64,000 bases of DNA from Lama glama (lineage: Eukaryota). Shown here in pieces: positions 1 to 12,665 of this stretch. The stretch lies in NCBI GenBank assembly GCA_028534125.1, contig CM052817.1, positions 102,612,001 through 102,676,000 of the forward strand. Direction: 5' to 3'. The translations under genes were made by a program, and so were the position numbers. Under the pieces are notes generated by a model. That model saw only the letters and a list, made by a program, of their open reading frames with translations, was not told where the DNA came from and ran no database searches. Positions within the stretch are counted from its first letter, which is position 1. The number at the start of each line of letters is the position of its first letter.

Positions 1-756
1 GCAATTGATTGAACTATTAATACATTAAGATAGAGGTTTTTCTCACTGTTCATTATGATGGATGACACTCGTACTTTTAACATTGTAAAGTGATTACAGA
101 ATGGAAATCATAAGAAGGGCTTCAGTTAACAATGTCTCTAGTTCATGACTGGATTGTTTTTCTAGCCTCCGTAGCCTGTGTTTCCAAGTTGCCCTTTACA
201 CCACAATCTGGTCTCCTTTCTTTTAAAAGTATCCCAGTGATAACTTTTCACGACCACAATATCATTCTTAGATATGAAATTCATTTTGAGAGCGGGACTC
301 AGGCAATGTTTATTGACACTTGGAGCAGCTACATAATTATAGAAATGAAATTCTGAGGATGACAATCACTTGGATATTAAAAATGATAGTAGAGGATTTG
401 TGTCAACTAATCTTAGGCTGCTGAGACAGTCTCGAAATTAAAAGGTTGTTTTTATTCATTTTTTTGTACTTCTTAGTGGATTTTTTTGAAGTATGACTGT
501 GTTTATCCATATTATTATTATGAGTAATTTCCGGTAGAACTGGAATGCCACAAATTTCGATCAGTTGTTTGGCTGTTTTTAATTAGATAGTTATTTGGCT
601 AATATAGGTTGTTGTCTTGAAGATGGATTGACTCTTCAAAAGTAAATGTCCTCGGCATGGAGTCTGTAATGATCCAGGAAAGTGATCGAGCTCTAACTTG
701 CTTTTCAGACATAGTTGGTCGTAGGGCATGCCATTAGACATCTGTTTCCTCTGGGA

Positions 757-918
757 CAGTGGTTCTCAATCTTGGCTGTACCTTAGAATTACCTGATAAA
801 AATACTGATGTGGAGACAAATTACAAAGGATTCTCTGAAGACGGTGTCTAGTCTTCAGTACTTGGTAAACTCTCCAAGTGATTGCAGTGTGCAGGTGAGT
901 TTGGGAACCAAACAACTG
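757..918. mobile_element. MER5A-like hAT-Charlie MITE
   Basis: Starts CAGTGGTTCTCAA and ends GTTTGGGAACC..CTG (degenerate TIRs). Confidence 0.65.
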
Positions 919-2635
919 CTCTAGGAGGAAATAGTCCTGGCTCTTCTTCCAGTTTAGATGAGTCCTTAGAAATAACTTCTGCAAGAGATCCTAAAGGTCC
1001 ATAGTGTCATCATATTATCATAAGACTAGGATTGTATATTTTAAAAAGTTAGACATTCAGATGTTTCTGCCACTTGCTACTAAGAATGAGGTTTTTTGGT
1101 TACCGTGTTGAGGAAGAGCATGGCAAGAATCATAAAATCTATCGTACTAGCCCCCAAGCATGTCTAACTATCAACCATTCAAGACAAAGTTGTATCCATT
1201 TTATAATTTAACCATGGTATATTTCCCTTGCCACCCTCAGATGCTGCCTCTCATCATTTTACTGCTGACTAGTAAATCCATATGATGCTGCTGAGGGACA
1301 AGAGATACACTGAATAAACAGGAGAATAAAGTTAAAAGGATTTCCCAAAGTAAAATTTTAAATATATTAAAAAATATGGATTCTGTACATTTTATAGAAA
1401 TTACACATGCTCATTATAAGAAAAAAATTTAAATGCAGAAAATTTGAAAGCAACATACAGGGGGAAAAACTCACATTTAGAAATAATCAGTGTTAATGTT
1501 TCATTAAAAATAAGCCCAACTAGTTCTTCATGTATATATACTGATAGCAGGATTATATAGATAAATACACATTTTTAAGAGAATGGGACCCTATAATGTA
1601 TCATATTTTAATATTAAAATCATATTAATTTTGCTAGAATTAACAGAGAAAAACAAATTCCAATATAACTAAAGAAATTGTTGAGCTTTAGAGATACATG
1701 TTGTTGCCTATAAAATTCCTCTAGAATTCAGAAAAGATAGTATGATAACCATTAAGAATCTGGCATAAGCATATTCAAATTTTACAGAAAATTACTTGAC
1801 TTCTTAATATGGAATATGAAGAATTAGTATTTAAAATGTTTTCTACTTCCCTGCCACAACGTGCTGATCACTTTTACTTACAGTTTTACGTTGCTGTTTT
1901 TGAGCATTTACATTCTGATCTGCAACCATAATGTCTAGAGTTGTTGACATTAGTTCCCTTTCCATGGTTTCTCCATCCGTTATGATGACTGTTCCATAAA
2001 ATGAGGTACTGCACGCTTGATGTACCGGTAAAAGTTCAACTCCTGGGGATAGTTCTAACATAGTAAGTTGTTAAATGAATAACATTCTTGGTGTATTTAC
2101 AGTGATTTATATCTTAGTTGGCAGAATTTATAATTGAGCAGTTTTTTTTTTAAGAGGGGCTTATTGGTGCTACATTCTTTCACTTCTTTCAATTTGAAAC
2201 TTTCTCATTGTTGTTCACAATCATAATTTTTACTTACTTTCAAATACAAATACCAGTGAATTTTGCAATGGAGATGATGCTTACAAATTTGAAACTCTTT
2301 CAGAAAACAAAATAAATGTTCGTCTTTGGCTAAGTCAAAGGCAATGCTTTTATAAGACCCAGAAAGTAAGGTTGCAGAAACTGCTTTCTAGCATTTGATG
2401 TAATTAAAGATTTCTGGTATAATGAGTTTAGCATTTGGGCCTCTAGGTAAATGTTCAGGACTGAACAAATGGCCAGGGGACATAATACCATTTTTCTGCA
2501 ACGTCCTATCTGGATCTCCAAACCCCCACAAATGCACTTTTGTCTGTGGATGGCTGCTGAATTATTCTTATGAGAGAGAGAGACCTCCTATTCTGTCATC
2601 CTGTTGACATTACTCTCAAGAGTACATGCAATCAT

Positions 2636-2979
2636 TAGTCGTCCCTCCATATCTGCAGGTTCCACATCTGCAGATTCAACCAACCATGGTCAAAAATATT
2701 AAAATAAAATTCCAGAAAGTTCCAAAAAGCAAAATCTGAATTTGCTGCATGCTGACAACTATTACATAAAATTTACATTGTATCTACAACTATTTATATA
2801 GCATTTACATTGTGTTAGGTAGTATAAGTTATCTGGGGATGATTTAACTTATACAGGAGGATGTGTGTAGGTTATATGCAAATACTACACCATCTTATAT
2901 AAGGGATTTGAGCATTCACAGATTTTGTTATATGTGGGAGTCCTGGAATCAATCCCCTGCAGATGCCAAGGAACTATTG
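2636..2979. mobile_element. Tigger3a/MER7-like TcMar MITE
   Basis: AGTCGTCCCTCCATATCTGCAGGTTCCACATCTGCAGATTCAACCAAC through GGAATCAATCCCCTGCAGATGCCAAGG, followed by TA. Confidence 0.85.
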
Positions 2980-3959
2980 TATAACCTTTCAGAGCTTTGT
3001 TCATATAACAGATTGTATAATAGTATATTATAAGTGTATAATATATATATGTACATACATCAGAATATAGCTACATATACATATATGTATACATATTGTG
3101 TGTGTGAATATAAACCAAAATATAAATATGCTCATACTCTGGAAACTATTCAACTAGCTTGGGATGGCGTCATGTGGAAAAGGAGGAAGAGTCTTGGACT
3201 CCATTCTCACTTACCTGGGTCGTGGAGGAGGTGGTGTGGCTGTGAAATCGGCAGCAGTGGCTTGGCTTCCAGTTCACTCAGGGTCTTGGTCGTGGCAGGG
3301 GCAGCAGCTGCCTTGGCGGTCTGGCTCTGTGGTGTGGCTCCCTGGGCGCGCCGTAGAGTTCTTTCATTGGCCCTAACAATGATTCTATAAACTGCTTATT
3401 CCCCTGTAACTACTCTTCTTCATTAAGCTAGCTAGATTTGTCTTCTATTTTTCTGCTATGGAACTTAGACTTCCACGCTCTGCTTGCACACCTACCCAAT
3501 GTGAGTGATTTTCTTGAACCCACCATTATTTTATTTGGGAGCATGGGGACCAGGGGTCCTGTTCTCTTCTCTGGTAGAAAGAGGAGGGACAAGCCACACT
3601 GCTTCCCTAGAATCTTACCATCTATACCGACTGATTCTCTTCTCTTCTGCTTCCGCGATCTTTTCCTTAAAAGGATGGGGACAATGTTTCGGTGTAGCAG
3701 AATCAGTTCAGATATCATTTAATAACTGGAGGGGATGTCTGGCCCTCAGTTATTTGTGGCTCCTTCTATCATGAGGAGTACTTCCATCTTGAAGTCCTCA
3801 TGTTTGGGTCCCAGCTGCTAATGACAAAGCCATGAAGAAGTTCCACCCGACATCTATTCCAGGGGCTACTGGAGAAATACTGATTGGGTGGTTTCAGTAC
3901 CTTGAACTCCGTTTTTAGCAGAAGAGATGGAGATAAGCGAAATGATTTGCGCTATGTTC

Positions 3960-4300
3960 AGAAGGTAGAATGTACAGCAGTAGGTGAGTGGTTGAGGGTG
4001 GAAGGGTGAAAGAGAGGGCTGTCTCAAAAGTACTCTCCAGGCCTCTGGCTGGAATACAGAGGTGATGTCATTTTCTGAGATAGTCAACACTGGAGGGATG
4101 GGAGTGGGACAAAGATTACAAGTACAATTTTGAACAAGCTTGAGATGTTTTGCAGGACGTGCAAGAAGAGATCATAGTAGGATACTCAGGACAGGAAGAG
4201 AGGCTGGGCTGAAGCTGTAATCTTGAAAGCTGTAGGTATTTGAAACGGGGTGGATGAGATTGTCCAGAGAGAAAGAAAGAAGAGAGTGAAGGGTGAAGGT
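3960..4300. mobile_element. L2 fragment
   Basis: Purine-rich decayed sequence with L2-like motifs (GTGATGTCATTTTCTGAGATAG; GGCTGGGCTGAAG; GGATGAGATTGTCCAG). Confidence 0.5.
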
Positions 4301-5554
4301 AGCTGCTTTTACTGTTGCTTTTATTTTAAATAGAGAAAATTTATTATGCTAGTATGTTGATGGGGAGCATTTAGCAGTGAGGGAGGGGCTGAAGATACAG
4401 CTGCCAAAGTGAGATCTCTGGGAGAGAAAAAGAAACGGGATTCAGAATATTCAGAGTGTAGAATTCAGAGGAAGGACTGGCTTTTGGTTGGCCAAAGGAC
4501 AGTTTTTGTTTTTTATGTTTTGTTTTCATCCTAAGAGGAAGGAAAGAGGAAAGGTTGGCTATAGATACAGATATCTTTGTAGACACAGTTGTAGGAGGTT
4601 GAAGGACTTCCCATCTTATGGCTGAAGTTCAGTAAGGACTCAGGAACCAAATGTCTCTTTGGCACCTATGAGTCTTCCGTGTCACAGTTTTCTGAAGCTG
4701 TGAAATAAGCATAGTTCATACTTATAGGATTTTTTGAGCAGAAAATTTGTCAGTAGTTCTCCTTTCTTAATTTTCCTGGCCGGGGGCAGGACTTAGTATA
4801 AACCTCTACATATACCAAGAAATCAAAAGGAAAAATAATCAAAGGTTGAAAAGCCTCATAGTACATAACACTTTGAAACCTCACTTTAAGGATCAAAAAA
4901 CATCCATTTTATGAAGGAGACAAAATGATACACCTATTAGTGATTACCAGCAGATTTTATTTTAAATCAGAACTAATACTCATTGAAAAAAGACTCAACC
5001 TTTCATATCCTGTTATTATTATTATTATGCTTTAAAGCAATAATAAACCCACTCTGAGAATCTTGACATTTCCTAGGCCAATAACTAACGAACTTCTTTT
5101 ATTGTGGAACCTACACTTAAAACTGTGATATAAAAGACACGTTACTATGAAATTGTTAGAGATTCACAGCAAAAGGGCTGGGACCTTGACCAAAAGGAGA
5201 TGTGTCATCTGGAGGGAAGCGGTTTTCTCAGCGATGCAGGGCCGGGAGGAAGAAGGCGTGGCTAGTGATTAACTTGGAGAATAATGGCCTGAAAGCCTCG
5301 GCCGCTGTCATCATTCCCAGCACACGTCCAGGACCGTCCGGTAAAGCAGCATTTTTTACTGATGTTGATGGATTTGCTACCATTTGGGCTGCTTAGCATT
5401 AGTGTTAAAAGGACCAGGCGTTTGATATTAAGAGTAAAGAGAAGGGGAGGGGTGGGAGGAGAAGAAGGGTGATTACTGCCCACTTCAGTTCATGTTTCCA
5501 ATGCCTGTGTCCTCTGAAAAGATTCTTGCTCACTTTCTTCTTTTTTCTTTTAAT

Positions 5555-5995
5555 TACAAATATCCTTTATAAATATTGACATAAAAATCCTGAACAACAC
5601 ACTAGCAAAACAAAGCAGTGCATTAAAAGGGTTACATCCCATGACCCAGTGGGATTCATTCTTCAAATTTGAGAATGGATCAACAGACAAAAATTAATCA
5701 ATGTAATATGTCACATCAATAGACAAAAATTAATCAATGTAATATGTCACATCAATAGAATAGAAAAAAACAAAATCATCTCAACTGATGCCATAAAAGA
5801 ATTTGACAAAACTCAACATCCTTTCATGACAGAAATACTTAAACTAGAAATAGAAGGAAACTTCCTCACCATGACAAAGGCCGTCCACGAAAAACCCACA
5901 GCCAACAACGCACTCAACGGCAAAAGACTGAAAGCTTCTCCCCCACAATCAGGAACAACGCCTACCTTTGCCACTTCTAGTCAATATTATATTAG
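5555..5995 (+). mobile_element. L1 ORF2 reverse-transcriptase-region fragment, decayed
   Basis: AAAATCCTGAACAA, CATGACCCAGTGGGATTCATT and TTTGACAAAACTCAACATCC; ORF 5826-6095 reads KLEIEGNFLTMTKAVHEKPTAN..LNGKRLKA, typical of L1 ORF2p. Confidence 0.9.
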
Positions 5996-8377
5996 AGGTT
6001 CTCCTTGCTCACTTTTTTATACAGCTCACGGCCAAGTTCTGGGCCTGCTGTGTTTGGTCAGGACACTTGGGTTTTGTCTGGCTGTGGGGACCTAACTCTG
6101 CTGAGTTTATGATGTTTTAGGGAAGAGAAGACTTATGTAAATGAAAGAAGTAAAGAAAAGTTGAAAGCCATAGCTGAGTACAAATTAAATTGTGAGGAAC
6201 TGAGTAAATGCTTTAAGAATTCAGTAAATAGCCTAAGCACGGTCGCTGTGGACATGAAGGAGATGTGGCGGAGGAATAAGTCTTGAAGAAGGGGGCAGGG
6301 GTGAGGTCATTTGAAAGGAGGAGAGAAGTATGTCAAACAGGAGGACTGCTGTGACCGGGGTTCCCCAGAGCAGAATTGAGGAAGCACCTGGTGATCCGCT
6401 CACTGCTGGGAGCCGAGGCAGCATGACGTGGAGAAAGGACAGAAGGATAAGAAGGACCCGAAGCAACTCACTAATACATGAATGCCAGCCCAGGCCAGCC
6501 CAGTCCCAGGGTTTCCACTGCCCTTTGTGATGGATTCAGTCAGACATTAGTGAGTCTGCAATTCAGTTTCTTCTTACTGATTCATTGTACATTCACTCCC
6601 TTTATTAGCAAAAAATTAAGAGATTCTAGGATATTCTTTGCTCAGTTTGCCTGTGTTTTAAGGCAGGCTGTTGATCAAAGCCACTCTCTAAAAGAGGATG
6701 ACAGATCAAGCAGAGAGGAAGATAGGTGAAACAATAAGGTGAGGGGCGGGCACTGTGACGGCACTGCGGGGCCCCCTGTGGCCTGGACTGACTGTGCTGG
6801 GAACTGAGGCTTATGTCATGCCCCGTGACTCTCTGGGTGTATGTATTAATTCTTAGATCAAACAGGACAATTGTGTCTAGGAGCCTTGGTAAGTCATGTT
6901 ATTTGGAGCACTGTAGTTCTGAGTATTTAATCTGCGGCAGGAAGGCATGAGACATTGCTTTGAAGAGTGCTGCAGACAGTCTGCCCCAGCTGGCTAATTT
7001 TCAGGAATACTCCACTGCAGTGAACTTACCGCCACAAATTGACCAGCTGCATCTGCTGGCATGGTTTACTCTCTCCTCGCAGAGCAAAGGCCGACCTGTC
7101 TACTGCCTTGCTTTTGATTGTTTTAACTTTCTCTTCCCCTGCCCCTTGACTATGTCTTTCACCACAGTTCCTTTGCATTCTTATTTTTTATACTATTCTA
7201 TGTATTCTCATAAGTGACCTCAAATCTTCTTTGGAGAGAGGTGAAATATAAATACATAATACTTTTCTTTTTGGTTTAAATGAGCAATTGTGAGGGGAAA
7301 AATCTAGGAGAAACCATCTAAGGGTATTTATCTGCCAGGAGGTAGCATTAAACTAACCCCTGCAGCCTGTTTTTTAAAGACTTTTCAAGAACAACAGCTT
7401 GTATCTTTGTGATGCGCTTGAACATCTGATTGTACTCATGTCAGGAACTTCTTCATGTTTAAGTTCACAGGTTCCCTTTTATAGGAGCTCTTCTTTCCTT
7501 CTATCTCAGGGCTATTCGCTTCCCCTTGTTTCCAGTTCGTAGTGTCCTAGTCCAGCTTCAAACATACATACAGGAGATGCTCCCTCCGCCATGAATTAAG
7601 TCCCTTGGGGCCTTGACCCTGGGGTACAGTGGGCACGAGACCTCAAGGGAGGCTGAATTCTTGGTGTGTGTGGACTCAAACCTGGGGACCTTCTGTCCCA
7701 CTCACCTGATGGTTAGCAGCTTGCCAGGAGAGACCCTGAGGTTTGCGCAGGCAGCCGGTTCCAGGCCTGTGGGGCTCTGTTGTGTGGTCACCAGGCCCCC
7801 GCTGTGCTGGGGTTAGTTGTATGGGGCTTCTGGACCCTTTGGGCTGCCCCTTTCAGGCTCATGCATTCCAGCCCTGGCGTCTGCTGTGAGATGGGTCGGG
7901 GATGATATCAGATATGCTCCCATCTCCTAGCCTTTCCCGACAGCCCCTCTGTGCTATTATCCTCTTCCACTTTAGATCTCCATCCTCAAGGGTGCAAAGC
8001 ACACAAAACACGGTGACCCTCTGTCTATGGTAAAGCATGGCCACTTAGAAACACAGGACCTATTTCTTAGAATCTCTCCAGTAGGTGAGATGAGAAGCTT
8101 TTATTACATCTCGGTGAATCACTCTGTCCCAAGGAGGGAGAAAATAATTTTCCTGAGGAAGCAAAACAACAGACCCCCCTCCCCACCAGTAACGCTGCTA
8201 TGAAGTTCTGGAAAAGAAGCAGGATTGAAAATCATTGTGGTCTTACTATAATCGCATATCACAAGATTAGAGATGATTATTAAAACGATATCATGGCCTT
8301 CTTCTTATCTCTAGGCATAATTGACACACCCTTTTAGCCTTTTAAAAATTAGATATTTCCTCCCCTCAAAACATAAT

Positions 8378-8480
8378 TGAAAATAATATGAAAAGAATAT
8401 ATGTATATATGTATATATATAATGGAATCACTTTGCTATACACCTGAAACTAACATTGTAAATCAACTACACTTCAATCA
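8378..8480 (+). mobile_element. L1 3' end fragment (artiodactyl-type)
   Basis: GAATCACTTTGCTATACACCTGAAACTAACATTGTAAATCAACTACACTTCAAT. Confidence 0.8.
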
Positions 8481-9694
8481 TTTTTAAAATTACATATGTT
8501 CAAAACTTGGTCATCTTTATTGTTTTTCTTGTATCCTTCCCCAAATCTTCATATCTTTCTTTAAAATTAGGCCCACTAGTTGGCGCTCTGTGAAGGCTCT
8601 GTCTGATGCAAGGTCATATCAGGGTTCTAAATACCATTTTGGTAACCACTTGCCCTTTGAAGAATTTAATTTTGTAATGTTAATAATAGTACTGCTTGAC
8701 TAAGTCATGATCAGCTTTATTCCATGACATCAAAACAGCCAACCCTTCTTCAGGGCACCAGCATTTCAGGTTGTTTTATTCCTTTCCTATAGTAAGTATT
8801 TCCCAGGTACACTTTCCTGAGTGTGTAGTAATGGAGACAGGAGTGATGTTTGAATACAAAATGCATGCTGCAAGTTCCTGTTACTTAGCTAGAGGTGGAC
8901 CACTGATTTGTCCTAAAGATTCTGGCAGTCTATGCAAAAAGAGGGACACACAATTAGTACAACCCAAAGAGAAATCTTTCCAGTAGATCTTCATACAGAG
9001 AACATTGTGCAGCATCATGAGCAAATGTTTCAAAAATAATTTGCAGTAGAAGTCAAATTATTTGTCCATATTTATATAGTGTCTGTTAATCCTCTAATAT
9101 GTTAGAGATAAAATGTTTCCCTTCAAAAACAGGATAGTCTTCATTCTAGACCCAGCAAAGATGGGTTCAAGTGCACAGAGCTTGCAATATAAAGAAATGT
9201 GTGGGAGTCGAAGCTTACAATTCAGATTGTCTTTCCATAGGCACTTTTTTTTTTTAAACTGCATGTTTAAATTAGCTGTTTAACGTGAGAATGCATGTAT
9301 AAGCCCCAGTGAGAAGTGGGACCTGTGACTGTGAAACAGTTGGATTTGGTTTATGAAGTGCTGGAGAATGAACCTCCCAAATGTTCCAGAAAATGTTCTA
9401 GATCTGCCTTCATTTATATATGAGGCAGCTAGAAAACTACAGGAAGAAAAAGGACAGCTAGCTAATAACTTCCCACAGGGATTCGTTAGATCTGAGCTTT
9501 TTTGAGGACAATATACATTGGCATGTGAAATTAAGTACAGTAACTTTTGGGGAATTGTAATCATGACAATGAACTTGCAACAACATGGACAAATTCCCTG
9601 TTGTGCTGGACTTGCCTGGTGCCAGCTCACTTCCCAGCTCTGTGAGCAGTGACTTCTTGCTGATAGTTTGAAGTTATTCAATTGTTAAAACTCT

Positions 9695-10040
9695 GCAAAC
9701 ATACCACTGGATGAATTTCTCAAATAGAATGTTGAGCAAATAAAGCTAAAGAGTGTAGAAAATATGATTCCATTTATATGTAAACCACAAAGAAAGGCCA
9801 ACCTGATCTGTATTTGTAGAGGTAAGGATAAATGACTACCATTTGGGGGAAGGGTGGTGAATGGGAGGAGTATGTGGTGGGCTTCCGACAGTGTTGGTAG
9901 GATTCTATTTCTTGATCTAAGTGCCAAGGCATCATGGATGTGTCCACTTTTTGAAATTTCACAAACATGTACTCTTATGAGTTTCATATGCTTCTGTGTG
10001 TATTACATCCTTCAATAAAATTTAAAAATAACAAAAAAGT
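9695..10040 (+). mobile_element. Old L1 (L1ME/L1MC-type) 3' end
   Basis: GGATGAATTTCTCAAA, ATGATTCCATTTATATG and TTCTATTTCTTGATCT, ending CTTCAATAAAA plus A-rich tail. Confidence 0.75.
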
Positions 10041-11374
10041 AAGCAAATAAGCTCCTAAATTAAAAATGAATCAACAGGATGAAAGTTTACAAAACAAAAC
10101 AGAAATAGACAAAAGAAGTATAACAGAAGGCAATGAAATCCACTCAAAGCAAAAGTCTTTCTGCAAGAAGTGGGTGTCATGGTGTTTGACACATTGCAGG
10201 TATCATTAAATACTTGTGGAAACAATGAACAAGTCAACATTTCTTTTAAAAATCTTCCTTTGGTCAATGCTTCAAATACATTATTTCAAACACTCCTATA
10301 GCAGCTTTTTAAAATTGTGTTAGCAACATAAAATATTTTCTAGTTCTGCATTAAAAGATTATCAGTTCTCTTGTTATATACATTTTCTGCAATCACACTT
10401 ACATTTATAGCATACAATATGAGACAGGCAACCCAGATAATGAACTATCTGGAAATAATTTGACACACAATGTGCCAAAGAATGAGATAGCAGTTCCCCT
10501 ATTTACAAATAAAAATAGTTCAAAGAGCCTCTTTTATATTTACTTAGTCCACTGTGACACTTACACAAATGACTGGTGATGCCATCTGTTGGATATGGAT
10601 AGATCTGACTTCTTAATTTCCATGAATATCTCTTTTTGGTTATATGAAAGTTTGATAATTCATGTTCAAAACAAGAACAGCTTTCGTGGGCTGCCTGGCA
10701 TAACCACCCCTCTTAGAATTCATCCATTAACATGGGCAGAAGATTTTATTTTATTAGACAAACAAAACGAAATTATTTATTCATATAAAAATACTGTATA
10801 ATGTAATACAAGACAATATGACATGATATAATATATTTTTTCAACTCTTTTGCTAAACTTCATAAAATTTTATGCTAATGAGGAAGATGGAATTAATAAG
10901 GAATCGGTTACACTCTATTACATATCTTTCGTGAAGCCCTCCATAAATATTTCTCTCAACTAAGCTTCTGATAAATACACAGTGACTGTGAGTTTGGGGT
11001 TATACTCTCTGATAAATACCTGGAGTGCAGCTCATTTCTGTTGCTGATTACATTAGAAACCATATGATTTTACAACCAGAGACACTGGAGGTCAGCTAGA
11101 CATCCCATTAGAAATGTTAAGAAGCATGAAAAAACTCTTAAAATCTAATATTAATAGGAAAAGTGGCCCCTAAGTGCTGTGGTAATGTAGCTAAACACAT
11201 CTTCTCCCCATTTGAGAACTCTAATATTTTCTGTCTATTGCTTGACTGATTTAAATTGTACCTAAGAATCTACAATATGAAAACAGCCCTTTATTAGGCA
11301 AGCTTTAATTTCTTTTTGAGCTCAACAGCCATAAAGTGGAGATTCTGATAGCTTGGAAATATTATGAGCTAAAA

Positions 11375-11380
11375 TATACA

Positions 11381-11416
<36 letters not shown>

Positions 11417-11440
11417 TATATATACATACGCACACACACG
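11375..11440. repeat. Compound (CATA)n(TA)n(CA)n microsatellite
   Basis: Directly visible. Confidence 0.95.
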
Positions 11441-11559
11441 TAACTTGCAATTAAATCATAAAAGGGCAATAAATATCAAAACTGATCACTTCCTGATTAT
11501 TTGATTATATTTTACTATTATCTGTGTTCATGAGGCTATTTACTTTATTATTGTATCAC

Positions 11560-11760
11560 TAGGATAGAAATTCTATATAATTTCCTGCTACTACACATCT
11601 CTTCCCAGCTCCATGTTCACTGACGTAATAGCTTGAAATCGGCAACAGTGGGATATTTGTGCCATGGAGAGGGACAAATGCTTCAAATCAGTACCCTCCG
11701 TCCCTCCCGTCCAGCCGTCCTCTTTCCTCCAATTGTTAAACATTTACCAGCCCATCACTG
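11560..11760. mobile_element. MER63-like hAT element fragment
   Basis: AGCTTGAAATCGGC, ending TTGTTAAACATTTACCAGCCCATCACTG. Confidence 0.6.
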
Positions 11761-12189
11761 GTTTTAATGATGGTTAAATGTGACACTGGGTCTTAATTCT
11801 TTTGAATAACGCTTAGTCATGGGATAAGTGGAAACAGTGTAACAAGATGCTATGAGGTATCTGTTGAGATTCTTCTTTCTTGCTCCCAAAAGTAACAAGA
11901 TGAATAAGGAATGCAAAAGGAGTAGGAGCCTGTTGAGAACAAAATTATGGACTTTCTAAGCTCAGCTTGGAGAAGAGTCAGATCTTGACTGAGACACCAG
12001 TTCTGCACCAGATGCTAAGGAGGCTCTGACCATGGAATAAGAAGGCACCAGGGAATTAGGGAAGACCATCTTCTGTGGAGAGGGAAGTGTTCTTAAAGAG
12101 AAGCTGTCTGCATCTGTCCCTCTCACCACCTCTTGGGTCAAGGGTGCACTTAGTTGATAGACATCTTAGCCGAGACCACAAAATTTGTG

Positions 12190-12665
12190 GTGTGAGATAA
12201 CACAAATTATCTATTTTTTATTTAACAAATTATTCATTATCTTATAGTCTTTGAGGTCAGGAGTCCAAATGGGACTAAAATCAAGGTGTCAGCAGAACTG
12301 CATCCCTTCTGGAGGATCTGGAGGAGAATCAATTTCCTTACTTTTCCTTCTCTCTCCAGAATGTAGAGCCCACCTACACTCCTTGGCATCTGGTCCCTTC
12401 TTTCATCCTCAAAGGGCATAACTCCAACCTCTGCTGTCATTGTCCTTCACATCTTTTCTCACAACTTGGACCCTCTTGCCTCCACCTTATTAGGGTCCTT
12501 GTGATTTTACTGGACCTGTTCAGATAATCCAGGATAATCTTCTCATCTTAAAATCATTAACTGCATCACATCTGCTAATCCCTTTTGCCTTGTAAAGTAA
12601 CACATTCACAGGTTCGGGGATAAGGATGTGAACACCTTTGGGGAGCTATTATTCCCTCTGCGACA
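12190..12665 (-). mobile_element. MLT1 (ERVL-MaLR) solo LTR, MLT1C/D-like
   Basis: AAAATCAAGGTGTCAGCAG, GATAATCCAGGATAATCT and AAGTAACACATTCACAGGTTC are reverse-strand MLT1 hallmarks. Confidence 0.85.

Noticed and set aside
1..750. Possible exon or UTR of a neighbouring gene at the window start
   Set aside because: No recognisable protein in any frame and no convincing splice structure.
3034..3390. 118-aa ORF with hydrophobic C-terminus in a small GC-rich patch
   Set aside because: Begins in TA-rich low-complexity sequence with a non-ATG start; no family resemblance.
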